From: Octopus vulgaris
Taxonomy: Eukaryota
DNA: 64,000 nucleotides
Assembly (NCBI GenBank): GCA_951406725.2
Contig: OX597838.1
Span: forward strand, 8,122,001-8,186,000
Direction: 5' to 3'
In this document: piece after piece, positions 40,096 through 55,686 of the stretch
How the letters are laid out: the number at the start of each line of letters is the position of its first letter
How positions within the stretch are numbered: the stretch's first letter is position 1
Notes under the pieces: generated by a model
Seen by the model: only the letters and a program-made list of their open reading frames with translations
Databases searched by the model: none
Told to the model about the DNA's origin: nothing
Made by a program: the position numbers and the translations under genes

Positions 40096-41311
40096 ATTGC
40101 TTCACCACTGGTAGTAGGTGCAGAAAACAGTTTGTGTGTGTGTGTATTGAGCAGTATTAACTGCAACCGTAGCAGCAACAGCAGGGAGTCAATGGCAACG
40201 GCAAATGCAGCATGCGATATCTAGTGCTGGAAACACAAGCAGCCTCCTTCTGAAAAATGCGTTCTTTGACTTTGCTCACGTGTGAGGCGAGGGAGACTGG
40301 CTGCCATTTTTAGCATCTGAGCCCTTTCCTTCTTAACGGGCAGCACACATTATACAGAAACATATACACACTCATATATGTATGTAGACACACACACACA
40401 CACACACACGCATACACATATAAGAATGAATAAAACGGGAAAGGAATTACACAATCAACTTCATGGTCTTACGACTGTTTCTGCTGCTGCATGCAGTGCA
40501 TTCAGCTTTAAGTACACTGCTTATATTAGCAGAAACAGCTGTAAGCTAATGATGTTGATTACAAGATTCCTGTTTTCTTATCATTCATTCATTAATAATT
40601 CGCAGTGTATTAGCTTAACTCTTCACTGTAAACCTTCTATATTACATATTGATTTCGAACTGCAGTTATTAGTATCGTCATGCCAGAGCAAAATTACAAT
40701 ATATATGTCTGTGTATGTCTGTGTGTATGTGGGCGTGCATGTCTGTGTCAGTCCGTGTGGTTGTATGTGTGTGAGTGTCGATGTCAGAATGTGTATAAGT
40801 GTGTGTATGAGTGTGTGTATTTGCGTGTGTGCGTGTGTTTCTGTGTGTGTGTTTGTGTGTGAGTGTTGTTGTCAGTATGTGTATATATATGTATATATAT
40901 GTGTGTGCGCGCGTGCTCGTGTGAGTATGTGTGTGTGTGTGCGTGCGTGTGTATGTGTCAGTCTGTGTGTTTGTGTGTGTGTGTGTGAGTGTCTGTGTGA
41001 GTATATTTGTGTGTATGTGTGTGTATGTGTGTTTATTTGCGTGTGCGCATATTTGTGTGTATGTGTGTGTTTGTGTGAGTTTGTGTGTGTGTGTGTGAGT
41101 GTCTGTGTCAGTATATGGGTGTGTGTGTGTGTGTGTGTTTATATATAGCTGGAATATTTTCTTGCATAAAAAATCCCAAGGAAGCATCCCCGAAGTCGCA
41201 GACACACAGCTGACGCACACAAAATACATGCACACACACACACACACACACACCCATTCACACACCCATTCACACACACATATACATGTATATATATATA
41301 TATATATATAA

Positions 41312-41358
<47 letters not shown>

Positions 41359-41393
41359 ATATATATATATATATTATGTATATATATATATAC

Positions 41394-41429
<36 letters not shown>

Positions 41430-41752
41430 AATGTCCTGTCCGTGTTTATTGTATCGTCTTCTAAGAGTTATACGTTCTTGTCCATGTTGTATTTTTCTAC
41501 ATACCTTAATATATATATATATACATATACTGACACAGACACGAACACAGAGAGAGGCACACACACACACATCGCGCACACATGATCGTACGTACGCACG
41601 CACGAACAGATGCACAAACATATAAATATAACCGAATGATTAGTTCCAAATAACTGCAATGGTGAAACGTACGTAGGAACTAAGCAGTTAGGCTGGTGTT
41701 TTTCTTAGTTTTTCGGCATGTCCATATTCTATACACACACACACACGCGCAC

Positions 41753-41784
<32 letters not shown>

Positions 41785-41963
41785 GTATATATGTGTATAT
41801 ATATATATATGTATATATATATATGCATATGTATACATACATATATATTTATACATATATATAAATATATATACATAAACATATATATATACATATATAT
41901 ATATATATACGTATATCTATATATGCATATAAATATATATACATATGAATACATGTATATACT

Positions 41964-42014
<51 letters not shown>

Positions 42015-42854
42015 ATATGTGCATATATATGTGTGTATATATGTGTATATATGTGTGTGTGTGTGTGTGTGCATATATGTATATGTGTGTGTATATGTAC
42101 ATGTCTGTCTGTATTTGTGCCTGTATGTATATACACCAGATGAGAGCATGATCGAAAAGTCGGCGAGAAGCAACGCAATCACAAATCTCCCACCATACCG
42201 CCACCACCACCACCACCACTGCCCCCAATCACTCCCTCCGCCACCATCACAATCAACAACAACTAAACAACAACTAAAACCATACTTCCACAAAAACAAA
42301 AAAAAAAATGAAGGGAAAATAATTAAAAAAAAAAAAAATAGACAAGCAATACATAATAATACATAAAATTTTTAAAAAATTATAATAATAATAATTATTA
42401 AAAAAAAGTTTTCTTAAAAAATAGACATTGATGAAGTTCTGACATTGATGAAAAAGCACGACGGGCGGATGGTTTGCAATTCGTTAATCAGATAATTTAT
42501 CTAGGTTTAATAAAGTTTATTCTATATTAATTAGAACGTTGACTTTCAAAGTCGTTTGAGATAAGACCAGCTCTCTCCTATGTAACACGCATCCCCCCGC
42601 CACTCAGCTTTGCTAAATGCACAAAACCTCTCCCCCTCCCCTCGTCTGCACCAGCGCCGACCCGACCCTTCATCTGCCCTTCTGAGAAATACTACTTTTC
42701 TACCAGCTGTCGATGAGCATGAGGTTTGAAGCGATGAAATGGTGGGGGTGCGATGCAAGGGATGGCAATTGGAGAGTAAGAATGGCTCTTTCGGTCGCTT
42801 TAATTAGCGTTAAACATAAAGTTAATATCGTGTATTATCGTATATTTATGTAAT

Positions 42855-42986
<132 letters not shown>

Positions 42987-43321
42987 TATATATATGTAAA
43001 TATTTAAACACATCTATACAGGTTTCTGGGAATGTATGTAGGCATGTATACACATGTTTGTATATGTGGGTGTGTGTGTAAGGCATATACGTACATGCAG
43101 GTACATATATTTATATATTTATATATTTATATATGCACATACATGCATGCACATGTTTGTGGGTATATATATGTTGGCGTGTGCACACATATCTGTAAAT
43201 GTACATATTGTATACAAATACTATATATAAATATGTGTGTGTGTGTATGTATGAAAATTAATATAAACAGCCAGGCGCAATGTGTTACCATAAGGGGGGA
43301 AAATATATGTGTATGTATGTA

Positions 43322-43403
<82 letters not shown>

Positions 43404-43408
43404 AATAT

Positions 43409-43453
<45 letters not shown>

Positions 43454-44150
43454 CATATATGTGTGTGTGTGTGTGTGGATGTGTATATATATATACTATA
43501 TATCCGTGTATATATATATATATGTATAGATAGATATACACACGTAATACATATACACATACATACATACTTATACACATGCATACATATATATATACAT
43601 GTGTGCATACATAAATACTTACATATATACATACATACATACATACATACATACATACATACATACAGACATACATACATACATGCATGCATACATACAT
43701 ACATACATACATACAGACAGACAGACATACATACATATAGACATACATATATACGTGCCTGTGCGTACGTGAATGTGGTGTGTGTGTTTGTGTGGTTGCA
43801 CGTTCTGCAGGTTGCATGAACGGTTTTGTAGTTAAATGCAATTTGCAACAATGTGGTTTAGATTTTATTACTGATCAATGTGCTGTGAGATAAAATCGAC
43901 AGACGGAAACTATGCAGAAGCCTCTTATTTGTGTGTGCCTGGACATATGTATGTGTTTGTGCTTATATATATATGGGTGTGCTGATGTGGGTGTGTGTGT
44001 GTGATTTTCCGATTTAGATAGATGGCTTGATGCATGGAGGGATCGATCAATAGAGAGATAGATAGACAGACTGATGTATATAAGGTTGTATGTATAACAA
44101 TCTATTTGCTAAGAATTAAATTATATATACATATATATGTGGGTGGGTGG

Positions 44151-44362
44151 GGGGCACAATAGCCCAGTGGTTAGGGCAGCGGACTCGCGGTCATAGGATC
44201 GCGGTTTCGATTCCCATGCCGGGCGTTGTGAATGTTTATTGAGCGAAAACACTTAAAATTCCACAAGGCTCCGGCCAGGGGTGGTGGCGACCCCTGCTGT
44301 ACTCTTTCACCACAACTTTCTCTCCCTCTTCCTTCCTGTTTCTGTTGTACCTGTATTTCAAA
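44151..44362 (+). mobile_element. tRNA-derived SINE (fourth family; head resembles tRNA-Arg)
   Basis: tagcccagtggttagggcagcggactcgcgg...gtttcgattcc A/B boxes followed by a non-tRNA body. Confidence 0.6.
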
Positions 44363-44364
44363 AG

Positions 44365-44395
<31 letters not shown>

Positions 44396-44701
44396 ATAAA
44401 CGATGGCTGTCTTTCAATTTTCGCCTATGAAATCCACTTACTAGTAGAAAGTGATAACCCATGTGTTGCTATGCAATGGAATCGAAAGCGAAACCACATG
44501 GTTCTGAAGAAAACTTTTTGCCATAAATTAACTACCAGTTGCGTACTGAGGATGATCTAATCGACCGGCTCCCTCCCCCAAAATTTCGTGCCTTGTGCCT
44601 AGAGTAGAAAAGAATATTTTATTGTATATTGTATGTTTAGCTTTCTCAGTTTCTTTTTCTTTTTGCTGTAACAAATTTTGTTGGAAACCAACGCATATCG
44701 A

Positions 44702-44770
<69 letters not shown>

Positions 44771-45190
44771 CCTTTCTCTCGTCTCATTAAAAGCCAAAGT
44801 TAATTGCATTTTAATGAACAGCCAAGTCGATCCCAGCTTCTGGTCATATGCATATATATGTATCATCGACCCCTGATAAGGTCACTTCTAATTGTATTAT
44901 ATATTTATCAAAACCGACTTGCATCACACGCACACACACACACACATGACTTTACTATCATACGACAGCACACACACACATCTATATACATATGAGGTTT
45001 GAGTTTTTTCGTGGAGCAAACATGAGTGATGCAGCACCATCTATGAGCAAGAGTGTGTGTGAGAGTGAGAGAGGAAGTAAGTCTGTGTGTGTGTACATAT
45101 GCGTATGTATGTGTGTTTGTTTGTGCGTGTGTGTTATTATCTGCGTTAATATATATGTATGTGTGTATACATATATATCTACATAAATAC

Positions 45191-45244
<54 letters not shown>

Positions 45245-45275
45245 ACAGACCTTGTATCTTGGTAGGGTCATACAA

Positions 45276-45349
<74 letters not shown>

Positions 45350-45370
45350 TTATATGCATATACATATATA

Positions 45371-45423
<53 letters not shown>

Positions 45424-46148
45424 ATATATATGTATATAATTTGTATGTTTACATATATACACTTATATGTAAATGTATACATATATACAAATATATAAAT
45501 ATATATGTATGTATATATATATTTATATATATATATATATATATAATATACATACCTATATGTTTATATGTATATATACGCATATACATACATACACATA
45601 TATACACCCATACATATCCGAATTTAACTCTATACTCATAATCCTTACATTCTGTCATAAAATTTTCATAGTTTACCAAACTTACCTTTTAGATTACACA
45701 TTTAATTAATTAATTACTACATTAAATTACTAATATCATCTTCCATTTAACATCTCTAGATTAATTAATTCTCCTAATTAACATCACCTTTAATAACGAT
45801 TTATTTCGTTATTCTGAAAATGTTTCATATTTAAAGAAATATAATCAAAATAAATGTACGTTTCATTGTTGTACTTAGAGAATATTGAATATTATATACC
45901 CTCGTCTTTAGATATGAAATATTTAACTTATTCATATTACGCAACATTATATATAAATATCCATGTGTGTGCGTGCTTAAATATATATATACATATATAT
46001 ACACACATAAATGTATTCACATGCACATATACGTATATATTTTTATATATATATATACACATACACACATGTACATATATCATAATATAAATAATATGTA
46101 TATATATGTATATATGTATTTATACATACGTATATGTACATACTTAGA

Positions 46149-46184
<36 letters not shown>

Positions 46185-46597
46185 ATATAAATAATATGTA
46201 TATATATGTATATATGCATATATACATACGTATATGTACATACTTAGATCTATATGTATATATATATATATATATATACATATATATATACATGTATATA
46301 TATATACATATATATATATATATGCATATGTGGGCACGGGACGTCACGAAACGTGTACAACAATAAATAACGAAGTACGAGTACATGGAATATAAAATAT
46401 TTTTCGAACAACGAAAGACACAAATGGAAAAAAAGACAAATAACACAAAAAAACAACCCTTCGTCAGTTATATGTATATATATATGTATGTGTGTGTGTG
46501 TGTATGGATAAATGCATATGTACATATATATATACACACACATATATATGTGTGTGTATACATATGTATGAATACACATACACATATATTTATACCT

Positions 46598-46633
<36 letters not shown>

Positions 46634-46996
46634 ATATATATATATTTATGTATGTGCATAAATGTTTTTTTTTTTTTTTTTTTTTTTTGGCACCTGTTAT
46701 TATATTTTTGATCTTGTAGGTAAATTAATATATGTCCACCGTTTTTGCTTCTTGTCTTTCTACGAAATTAGAAGATACATCATTGCAGAACAGCTATTTT
46801 AACGAGTTGTATTTATTTATTTATCACCCGACGAGGTACATCTGCACCGCCGGGCGCTCCTGAACCAGTTTTTGAGTGTCCCACCCGTGGGGTTGGGAAC
46901 GATACTAGATGTGTCAAAGCAGTTGTCGTGATCAATTATAAATTCTCATATTTTCCAGTTTCCGTTTTGCATTTACCATATATATATATATATGTA

Positions 46997-47094
<98 letters not shown>

Positions 47095-47110
47095 TATATA
47101 TTTTAGATAT

Positions 47111-47326
47111 TTGTTGTGCAAGATTTTTTTATGTGAAAACGTGTGTTGGAACAGATACTGTAGTATTTCGGAATGGTCATTTTGCCAGTTTAGCCAATAA
47201 CTCTGGCCGAAATAAGTTTAAGTTTAATGTAAAAAATAAATAACACTGAAACAAAGTAACACCAAATATATAGTGCCTGTGTTTTTATTGGCTAAACTGG
47301 CAAAATGACCATTCCGAAATACAACA

Positions 47327-47330
<4 letters not shown>
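47111..47330. repeat. Fold-back element in (TA)n, copy 1 (38-bp perfect inverted repeat)
   Basis: 47163-47200 is inverted at 47285-47322; homologous to 48797-48990. Confidence 0.8.
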
Positions 47331-47359
<29 letters not shown>

Positions 47360-47371
47360 TACACATATGTA

Positions 47372-47528
47372 TGGTGGTAAGTAGCTTGCTTGCCAACCAC
47401 ATGGTTCCGGGTTCAGTCCCACTGCGTAGCATCTTGGGCAAGTGTCTTCTGCTATAGCCTCGGGCCGACCAATGCCTTGTGAGTGGATTTGGTAGACGGA
47501 AACTGAAAAGAAGCCTGTCGTATATATG

Positions 47529-47559
<31 letters not shown>

Positions 47560-47777
47560 ATGTTTGTGTGTCTGTGTTTGGTTTGTTCCCCTAGCATTGC
47601 TTGACAACCGATGCTGGTGTGTTTACGTCCCCGTCGCTTAGCGGTTCGGCAAAAGAGACCGATAGAATAAGTACTGGGCTTACAAAGAATAGGTCCCGTG
47701 GTCGATTTGCTCGACTAAAGGCGGTGCTCCAGCATGGCCGAAGTCAAATGACTGAAACAAGTAAAAGAGTAAAAGAA
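47372..47777 (+). mobile_element. SINE family B
   Basis: Near-identical to 55278-55686. Confidence 0.88.
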
Positions 47778-47796
47778 TATATAAATACATACATAC

Positions 47797-47867
<71 letters not shown>

Positions 47868-48239
47868 TGCGAGAGAGAGGGGGGAAGAGACAGCGACAGA
47901 CAACAGGTTAGATCCTGAGATGCTCAATAAAGAAATCTCGTCGTAGTGCTCAAATGAGTTGAATTTTCACTCCGAAGATTTTATCGGGGACTAAGTCCTT
48001 GAAAAAGAGTGGTTATAAGAGAAATTCGGCTATCCAGATGAGATGAGGTGAGGTGAGGTGAGGTGATGTCAGGTGAGGCGAGATAGAAATAGTGATGCAG
48101 ATAAACACACTTGACTTGGACTAGATATATAAAAATATAGATGATGTATATTTTATGTATCAAGTCAAAGCATGTTTAATTGAATTATTATCTATCTAGC
48201 AATTTATCTACCAACCTATATATATATATATATATAGAA

Positions 48240-48274
<35 letters not shown>

Positions 48275-48276
48275 TT

Positions 48277-48335
<59 letters not shown>

Positions 48336-48373
48336 GGATAGATAAATAGATATGCGTGTGTGTATGTGTGTGC

Positions 48374-48459
<86 letters not shown>

Positions 48460-48726
48460 GTCATTCTGCGTAATTTAAGAAATGGTGACGAGTGAAATTT
48501 TTTTTAAATATAATTAAAAGGTTTCGCCACACATTAACTATCAATAATAAAGTAAAAGTAGGACAATAAACCCCCCCTTGTTAATGTTCATTTATTTTCC
48601 CGTTGGGAGTTGATATGCCTACAACCTGACTCTATTTTCTATGGTCACTATACACACAGGATAAACTTATAAATATATCTACGATATACACACACACATA
48701 TATATATTCTTTATTTACTAACACAC

Positions 48727-48796
<70 letters not shown>

Positions 48797-48803
<7 letters not shown>

Positions 48804-48982
48804 GCAAGATTTTTTTATGTGAAGTCGTGTGTTGAAACAGATATTGTTATATTTCGGAATGGTCATATTGCCAGTTTAGCCAATAAATGTAAAAAATAAA
48901 TAACACTGAAGCAAAATAACACCATATATATAGTGCGTGTGTTTTTATTGGCTAAACTGGCAATATGACCATTCCGAAATAT

Positions 48983-48990
<8 letters not shown>
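48797..48990. repeat. Fold-back element in (TA)n, copy 2 (47-bp perfect inverted repeat)
   Basis: 48841-48887 is inverted at 48944-48990. Confidence 0.8.
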
Positions 48991-49019
<29 letters not shown>

Positions 49020-49131
49020 TAGATATATATATAAGTACTTTTTAAAGATAGATATAACTGTATGTACGTATGTATATATGTATGTGTGCATATATAAACA
49101 TACATATGAATGTATGTATATATGTATGTGC

Positions 49132-49173
<42 letters not shown>

Positions 49174-49271
49174 CATATAAATGTGTGTATGTATGTATAT
49201 ATGTATGTGTGTATATATAGAGAGAGATATATGAATGTGTGTATATATGTATATATGTGTGTGTGTATATA

Positions 49272-49302
<31 letters not shown>

Positions 49303-49879
49303 GATGTATATATATAAAGATGCATATAAATGTACGTATGTATATATGCATGTGTATATATATGCAGATATATAGCGTGTGTGCTTGTGTGTGTGTGTTT
49401 ATACACGCTACATTAATTTTATATATATTCTATGTTATTTAATTCAATTAATTCATTTCTCCCGATTATATTCACAATATAAAAACAATATTTTTTTCTT
49501 TAAATTGCATCATTTTCCTTCTAATTTAATCCTAAACTTTTGCCTTGGTCTTTCGCTTCTGTAGAAATCAAAATACAAACACACAAAAAAAAAAAAAAGA
49601 AATTGTTTTTCTACATAAAAGAAAATCATATTTTTCTGCACATTTAAAACTTTCGTTGATATTTTCTTATGACAATCAACACCGATTTGCCACCGATATC
49701 TCTCTTATTTATTAGGTTAATTGAAAAATATTCACTCACGTTTTGTCTCCGTAACTGCTTGACCGGTCAGATATACGTCACCACCCGGTTTACACCCGAG
49801 TACACGCACACTAACGTTAGCATTTCTGTATTTAGGATGGTGGGGAAGGACGGCGAGGGGTTATATTCTTTTCTATTTT

Positions 49880-50863
49880 AGGCACGAGGCCCGAAATTCT
49901 TGGGGAAGGGTCCAGTCGAATAGATCGACCGCAGTACACAACTGGTACTTAATTTATCGATCCCGAAAGGATGAAAGCGAAAGTCGACCTCTACTGAATT
50001 TGAACTCAGAACATAAAGACAGACGAAATACAAGGGGCTAAACACAGAGGGGACAAACAAGGACAGACAAAAGAAAGCATGAGTCCCACCGGGTTCTGTT
50101 ACTGCAGGTAAGCACCCCCAACTGTCATCGTCAGCGTTATGCCAATATTGGCGGAATAGGCTACCTGTTTCTTTACTACCCACAATGGGGCTAAACACAG
50201 AGAGGACAAACAAGGACAGACAAAGTGATTAAGTCGATTACATCGACCCCAGTGCGTAACTGGTACTTAATTTATCGACACCGAAAGGATTAAAGACAAA
50301 GTCGACCTCGGCGGAATTTGAACTCAGAACGTAACGGCAAACGAAATACGGCTACACATTTCGCCCGGCGTGCTCACGTTTCTGCCAGCTTGGCGAGAGG
50401 TTATAATTAAAATATATAACTGTTTGAAGTTTAAATTTGGTTACATGTATACCTTTGTCCTTTGCTTCTTAACTGCGACAATGCTGGGGCAAAAACAAAA
50501 AAAGAACCTTGAAAAGTTCTTTTTTTTGGTCGAACAAATTGAGACCAGGACTTATTTCTTTTTAACCTTAGTACTTATCTTATCAGTCTCTTGTGCCGAA
50601 CTGCTAAGTTACAGGGACATAAACACATCAGCGCCGGTTGTAGTCAAACAGTGAAGGGGAACAAACACGGATGAAAGATACACATATACACACATATATA
50701 CGACGGGCTTCTTTCAGTTTCCGTCTACCAAATCCACTCACAAGGCTTTGGTTGGCCCGAGGCTATAGTAGGAAATTCCGGCCCATGGTGCCACGCAGTA
50801 AAACTGAACCTGGAATCACGTGCTTGGGAAGAGAGTTTCTTAACCCACAGACATACCTGCGCC
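49880..50863 (-). mobile_element. Nested SINE A copies (full copy 50168-50395) with captured flank, followed by SINE B (about 50455-50863)
   Basis: Homology to families A and B; 50073-50167 duplicates 25411-25505. Confidence 0.8.
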
Positions 50864-51399
50864 TAAACATAGAGTTTATTGATTTGTTTATTTTTTTTTT
50901 TTGTATAAAAGGCTGTGGTTTAAAAAGCTTGTTTTGTAACCAGGGAGTTTCGAATTCAGGGTCGCTGCGTGGTGCCTTCAGCCACTGTCATCTACTCAAG
51001 CCCCGGGACGACCACAGAACACTAAGTAAATTTTATAGACACGAGCAGTGTGGAAAACTCACCTCTCTGTGTGCATATATATATGCATGTATGTATATAT
51101 ATATATATATATATAAATATATATGTATGTATATATATCTATATATTTATGTATATATGTATATCTATGTATATATGCATATATATATATATATATTTGC
51201 ATGTATGCATATATATTAATGTATATGTATTTATGTATATATATATATATATATGTATATATTTTTATGTATATATACATATATATATGTATGTATATAT
51301 ATGCATTTATATTTATGTTTATATGTATAAATATGTATGTTTAGGTATATATAAATATATATGTATAGATATTTATGTATATATATGTATATATATGCA

Positions 51400-51438
<39 letters not shown>

Positions 51439-51570
51439 GTTTATAAGGCTAATCCAAATATATAAACGGGAAAAACAGAAAAAACAACAACACGTGGAAC
51501 AATTAAAGTATTATTATTATTAGGCGCTCAGGAAAAATGGAAGAAGGAGGGTTATACACATATGTATCTG

Positions 51571-51640
<70 letters not shown>

Positions 51641-51765
51641 TATATACATATATACATACATATATATATTTATATATACATACTCAGGCCTAGTTTGTTC
51701 CGGCCCTTCTGTCTCGGGTTCGACCCGAGCACTTAAACATTTCTATATTTTTCCTAAGAAAGAAC

Positions 51766-51807
<42 letters not shown>

Positions 51808-52091
51808 CCAAGCTCAACGTTAAAATTATGATATATATGTGTGACGTTCCTAAACACTCCAAAATTTCAAGAGTTCTTTCATTTCGTCATAAAATGAGGG
51901 AAGAAAGCCATCATGGTATATTGGTTTTAGCGGGAAAATACAAATGAATAGAGAAATTGAGTGCGGAAATAAAACACTTTTGCGGTTTCTCTTATGATTT
52001 ATTAAGTTCCGGGCCCCAATCTCACTGAGGTGAATCATACCTTCTGTTTTTTGGGGTTTCTTTTTCGTCGTCGTGTCACTAAATAATGTAG

Positions 52092-52141
<50 letters not shown>

Positions 52142-52280
52142 ATACACACATATATACATACATACATATACTATTTTGACTTGAGTGTGAGAAAGAGCCG
52201 TACGTTTTAGGGACCTCGCACAAGGAGAACAATATCTAGGCGCTGGCTTTTCGTGCGCGCAGATTTTGTACGTTTGCGTG

Positions 52281-52457
<177 letters not shown>

Positions 52458-52458
52458 A

Positions 52459-52501
<43 letters not shown>

Positions 52502-52728
52502 TTAATATTGAAAGGCTATCACTTCTGGTTTTATCAGCTTCGTGTTTTGCTTTTCTAAAACAAGAAATTTGTATATAAATATTTTTTTTTCCTCTATTTA
52601 TGTTTAGTATTTTTTTTTACTTCTTTCAGGGCCATGATGGAGCTCTGCCTTGAAGAATTTTCAGCTGAACGAATCGATGCTTGTATTTAATCGTTTTGTA
52701 AACCTGACAGACAGACAGACAGACAGAC

Positions 52729-52824
<96 letters not shown>

Positions 52825-53437
52825 CTCGCGAACCATCCTTTGTGAATACGAAATAGTGTTTGTGTGCACCATAATTTACCGAAAGGTGAATGACGAATAA
52901 AAAAAAAAAGACTAGAAAAATAAAGAAGAAAGAAACAAGTCCGAATTGAAAAATATTTGGTTCCTGCAAGAAATAGAATTATTAGAGTATGAGTATGAGT
53001 GATACATTTGAGTTATACATTTGAGTGATAGTTAAACCTTGAAACAGAATGAGTTGGGTAGCGAGAGCAAATTTGGGGTCCACGAGAAGGTAGGACATAT
53101 TCAAAGGGAAAACTGTGGTTTAGAATGCTTGCGGATCCTTGTTTAAAAATTCGTTTTACTTGTACTTACCCCAGGGATTCTGGAGATTTAAAATTCAAAG
53201 TTGAACAATACCCTGATTTGAACGCAGACCGCTGGTATTCTGCTCTTTACCCTATGGTTTATCTGGTCCTGTGTATTGACTTCCGAGCCGAGCAGTAGTG
53301 CAGGGGTTTGGGGTGGATTGTTTCAGAAAGAAATAATAAAGAATAGAAGGTATGATAGAGGAAATAGGGGTATGGGGGGGAGAGAGTAAGGGATAAAGAA
53401 GGTGCCTTGAAAGGGAATAAACGGGAAGAAAGGAATG

Positions 53438-53439
<2 letters not shown>

Positions 53440-53473
<34 letters not shown>

Positions 53474-53630
53474 AAGATGAAGAAAGAAAGATGGAGAGAG
53501 AGAGAGAGAGGGATGAAGAAAAAGAAAGATAGAGAGAAAGAAAGAGATAGAGAGAAGGAAAGAGGGAGAGAATAATGACCAAGTGGAAAGAAAAGAAAGG
53601 ACGAAATAATGAAAGAAAGAAAGAAAGAAT

Positions 53631-53674
<44 letters not shown>

Positions 53675-53745
53675 GAAGAAAGAAGGGAAGAAAGACAGAT
53701 GGAAGGAAAGAAAGAAAGAAAGGAAGGAAGGAAGGAAGGAAGGAA

Positions 53746-53815
<70 letters not shown>

Positions 53816-53823
53816 GAGAAAGG

Positions 53824-53855
<32 letters not shown>

Positions 53856-54092
53856 AAGAAGGAAAGAAAGAATGAGGAATAATGGCTTGAAAACGAACGA
53901 AAGAAAAGATAGAAAGAAGGAAAAAAGAACAAGTGATAAAGGCGTAGAACGACCGAAGGAGAGAAAGATAAAAAAAAGAGAGAGAGAGAGTAAATCAGAA
54001 AGAGATAGAAAGAGAGTGGTTAAAAAAAGAAAGAAACGAAAGGAAAGAAAAATAAAACGGGAGAGAGAGAGAGAGAGAGAGAAGGAGAAAGA
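53440..54092. repeat. Purine-rich (GAAA/GGAA/GA)n tract
   Basis: Direct reading. Confidence 0.92.
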
Positions 54093-54650
54093 GTGAAGCA
54101 GGTGAGAATGAGAAAAAAAGACCGTTTGTCACCAATCTAATGTGGTGAGAAAGCCCGATGACCAGACGAAGATCAAGTTTTTGCATGTCCGTCATTTCAA
54201 ACGTTTAAACAATATTTATATCTCACTTCACTGACGAGTCCGGACGTCATTGCATATCATAACAGAAACAGTCATAACAAAAACAGAAATAAATAAATAA
54301 GAAACAAATAAAAGAATAAGAAAAAAAAATACAATACATAAAAATAAAAAATAAAGAAGCTCTAGTACCACAACCGCCACTACCGCCACCACCATCACCA
54401 TACCATCCCACCCGGCGCCTCATGAATGAGTTGACGACCAAAGCCAACAAATTTAAGCTATTGGCAACCGGATGGATTAGACATAATACAAACCAGATTA
54501 GTTATGTAAACACATCGTGAAAAGAAGCGAAATTAAATCAACACTTTCGTGCTTTCAATCGCAAACTACTGACTACGAACGAGCGGAGGATGGTGGTGGT
54601 GCTGGTGGTGCTGGTGGTGCTGGTGGTGGTGCTGGTGGTGGTGGTGGTGG

Positions 54651-54682
<32 letters not shown>

Positions 54683-54814
54683 GCGGTGGTATTTTCGGGG
54701 ACCTTTCGAGCTCTACATATATACGGATGGACCGATAGAGAGACAGACAGACGGACAAGAAAGATTAACACAGCTGACAGATAGATGGATGGGCTGATAG
54801 AGGGAGAGAGGGCC

Positions 54815-54901
<87 letters not shown>

Positions 54902-55033
54902 CGATACAAAGTCAGACTGATCGATCGATCGATAGAAACAGACAGACAGATAGATAGATAGAGGGACAGACAGACAGAAACAGATGGATGAAGGGATATA
55001 TAGACAGATAGAGAGATTGATGGTGGGATAGAT

Positions 55034-55114
<81 letters not shown>

Positions 55115-55277
55115 GCAGACAGACATATAGATAGACAAACAGACAGACAGAAAGGCAGGCAGGTAGGTAGGTAGGTAGGTAGGTAGGTAGGTAGGTTTGT
55201 AGGTAAGTAGGTAGGTAGGTAGGTTGGTAGGTAGATAGTCAGATAAAAACACAGACAGACAGATAGGTAGGAAGACA

Positions 55278-55686
55278 GGTGGCTGTGTGGTAAGTAGCTT
55301 GCTAACCAACCACATGGTTCCGGGTTCAGTCACACTGCGTGGCATCTTGGGCAAGTGTCTTCTGCTATAGCCCCGGGCCGACCAATGCCTTGTGAGTGGA
55401 TTTGGTAGACGGAAACTAAAAGAAGCCTGTCGTATATATGTATATATGTATATAAATGTGTGTGTATATGTTTGTGTGTCTGTGTCTGTGTTTGTCCCCC
55501 TAGCATTGCTTGACAACCGATGCTGGTGTGTTTACGTCCCTGTCACTTAGCGGTTCAGCAAAAGAGACCGATAGAATAAGTACTGGGCTTACAAAGAATA
55601 AGTCCCGGGGTCGATTTGCTCGACTAAAGGCGGTGCTCCAGCATGGCCGCAGTCAAATGACTGAAACAAGTAAAAGAGTAAAAGAG
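55278..55686 (+). mobile_element. SINE family B, young copy
   Basis: Complete head, internal microsatellite and gtaaaagagtaaaagag tail. Confidence 0.88.

Noticed and set aside
44151-44225. tRNA-like sequence
   Set aside because: No clean acceptor stem and it continues into a SINE body; it is a SINE head, not a tRNA gene.
46330-46470. ctgacgaaggg half-motif (related repeat at 31640-31830); GAAAC half-motifs near 20, 1583 and 59650
   Set aside because: Only one half of the core is present in each case.
48177-49450. Perfect paired-homeodomain P3 sites TAATTGAATTA (48177) and TAATTCAATTA (49440) suggesting autoregulation
   Set aside because: Several such sites are expected by chance in 64 kb of AT-rich DNA.
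54231-54250. ctgacgagtccggacg hammerhead-like start
   Set aside because: Followed by tcat instead of aaa; no closing stems.
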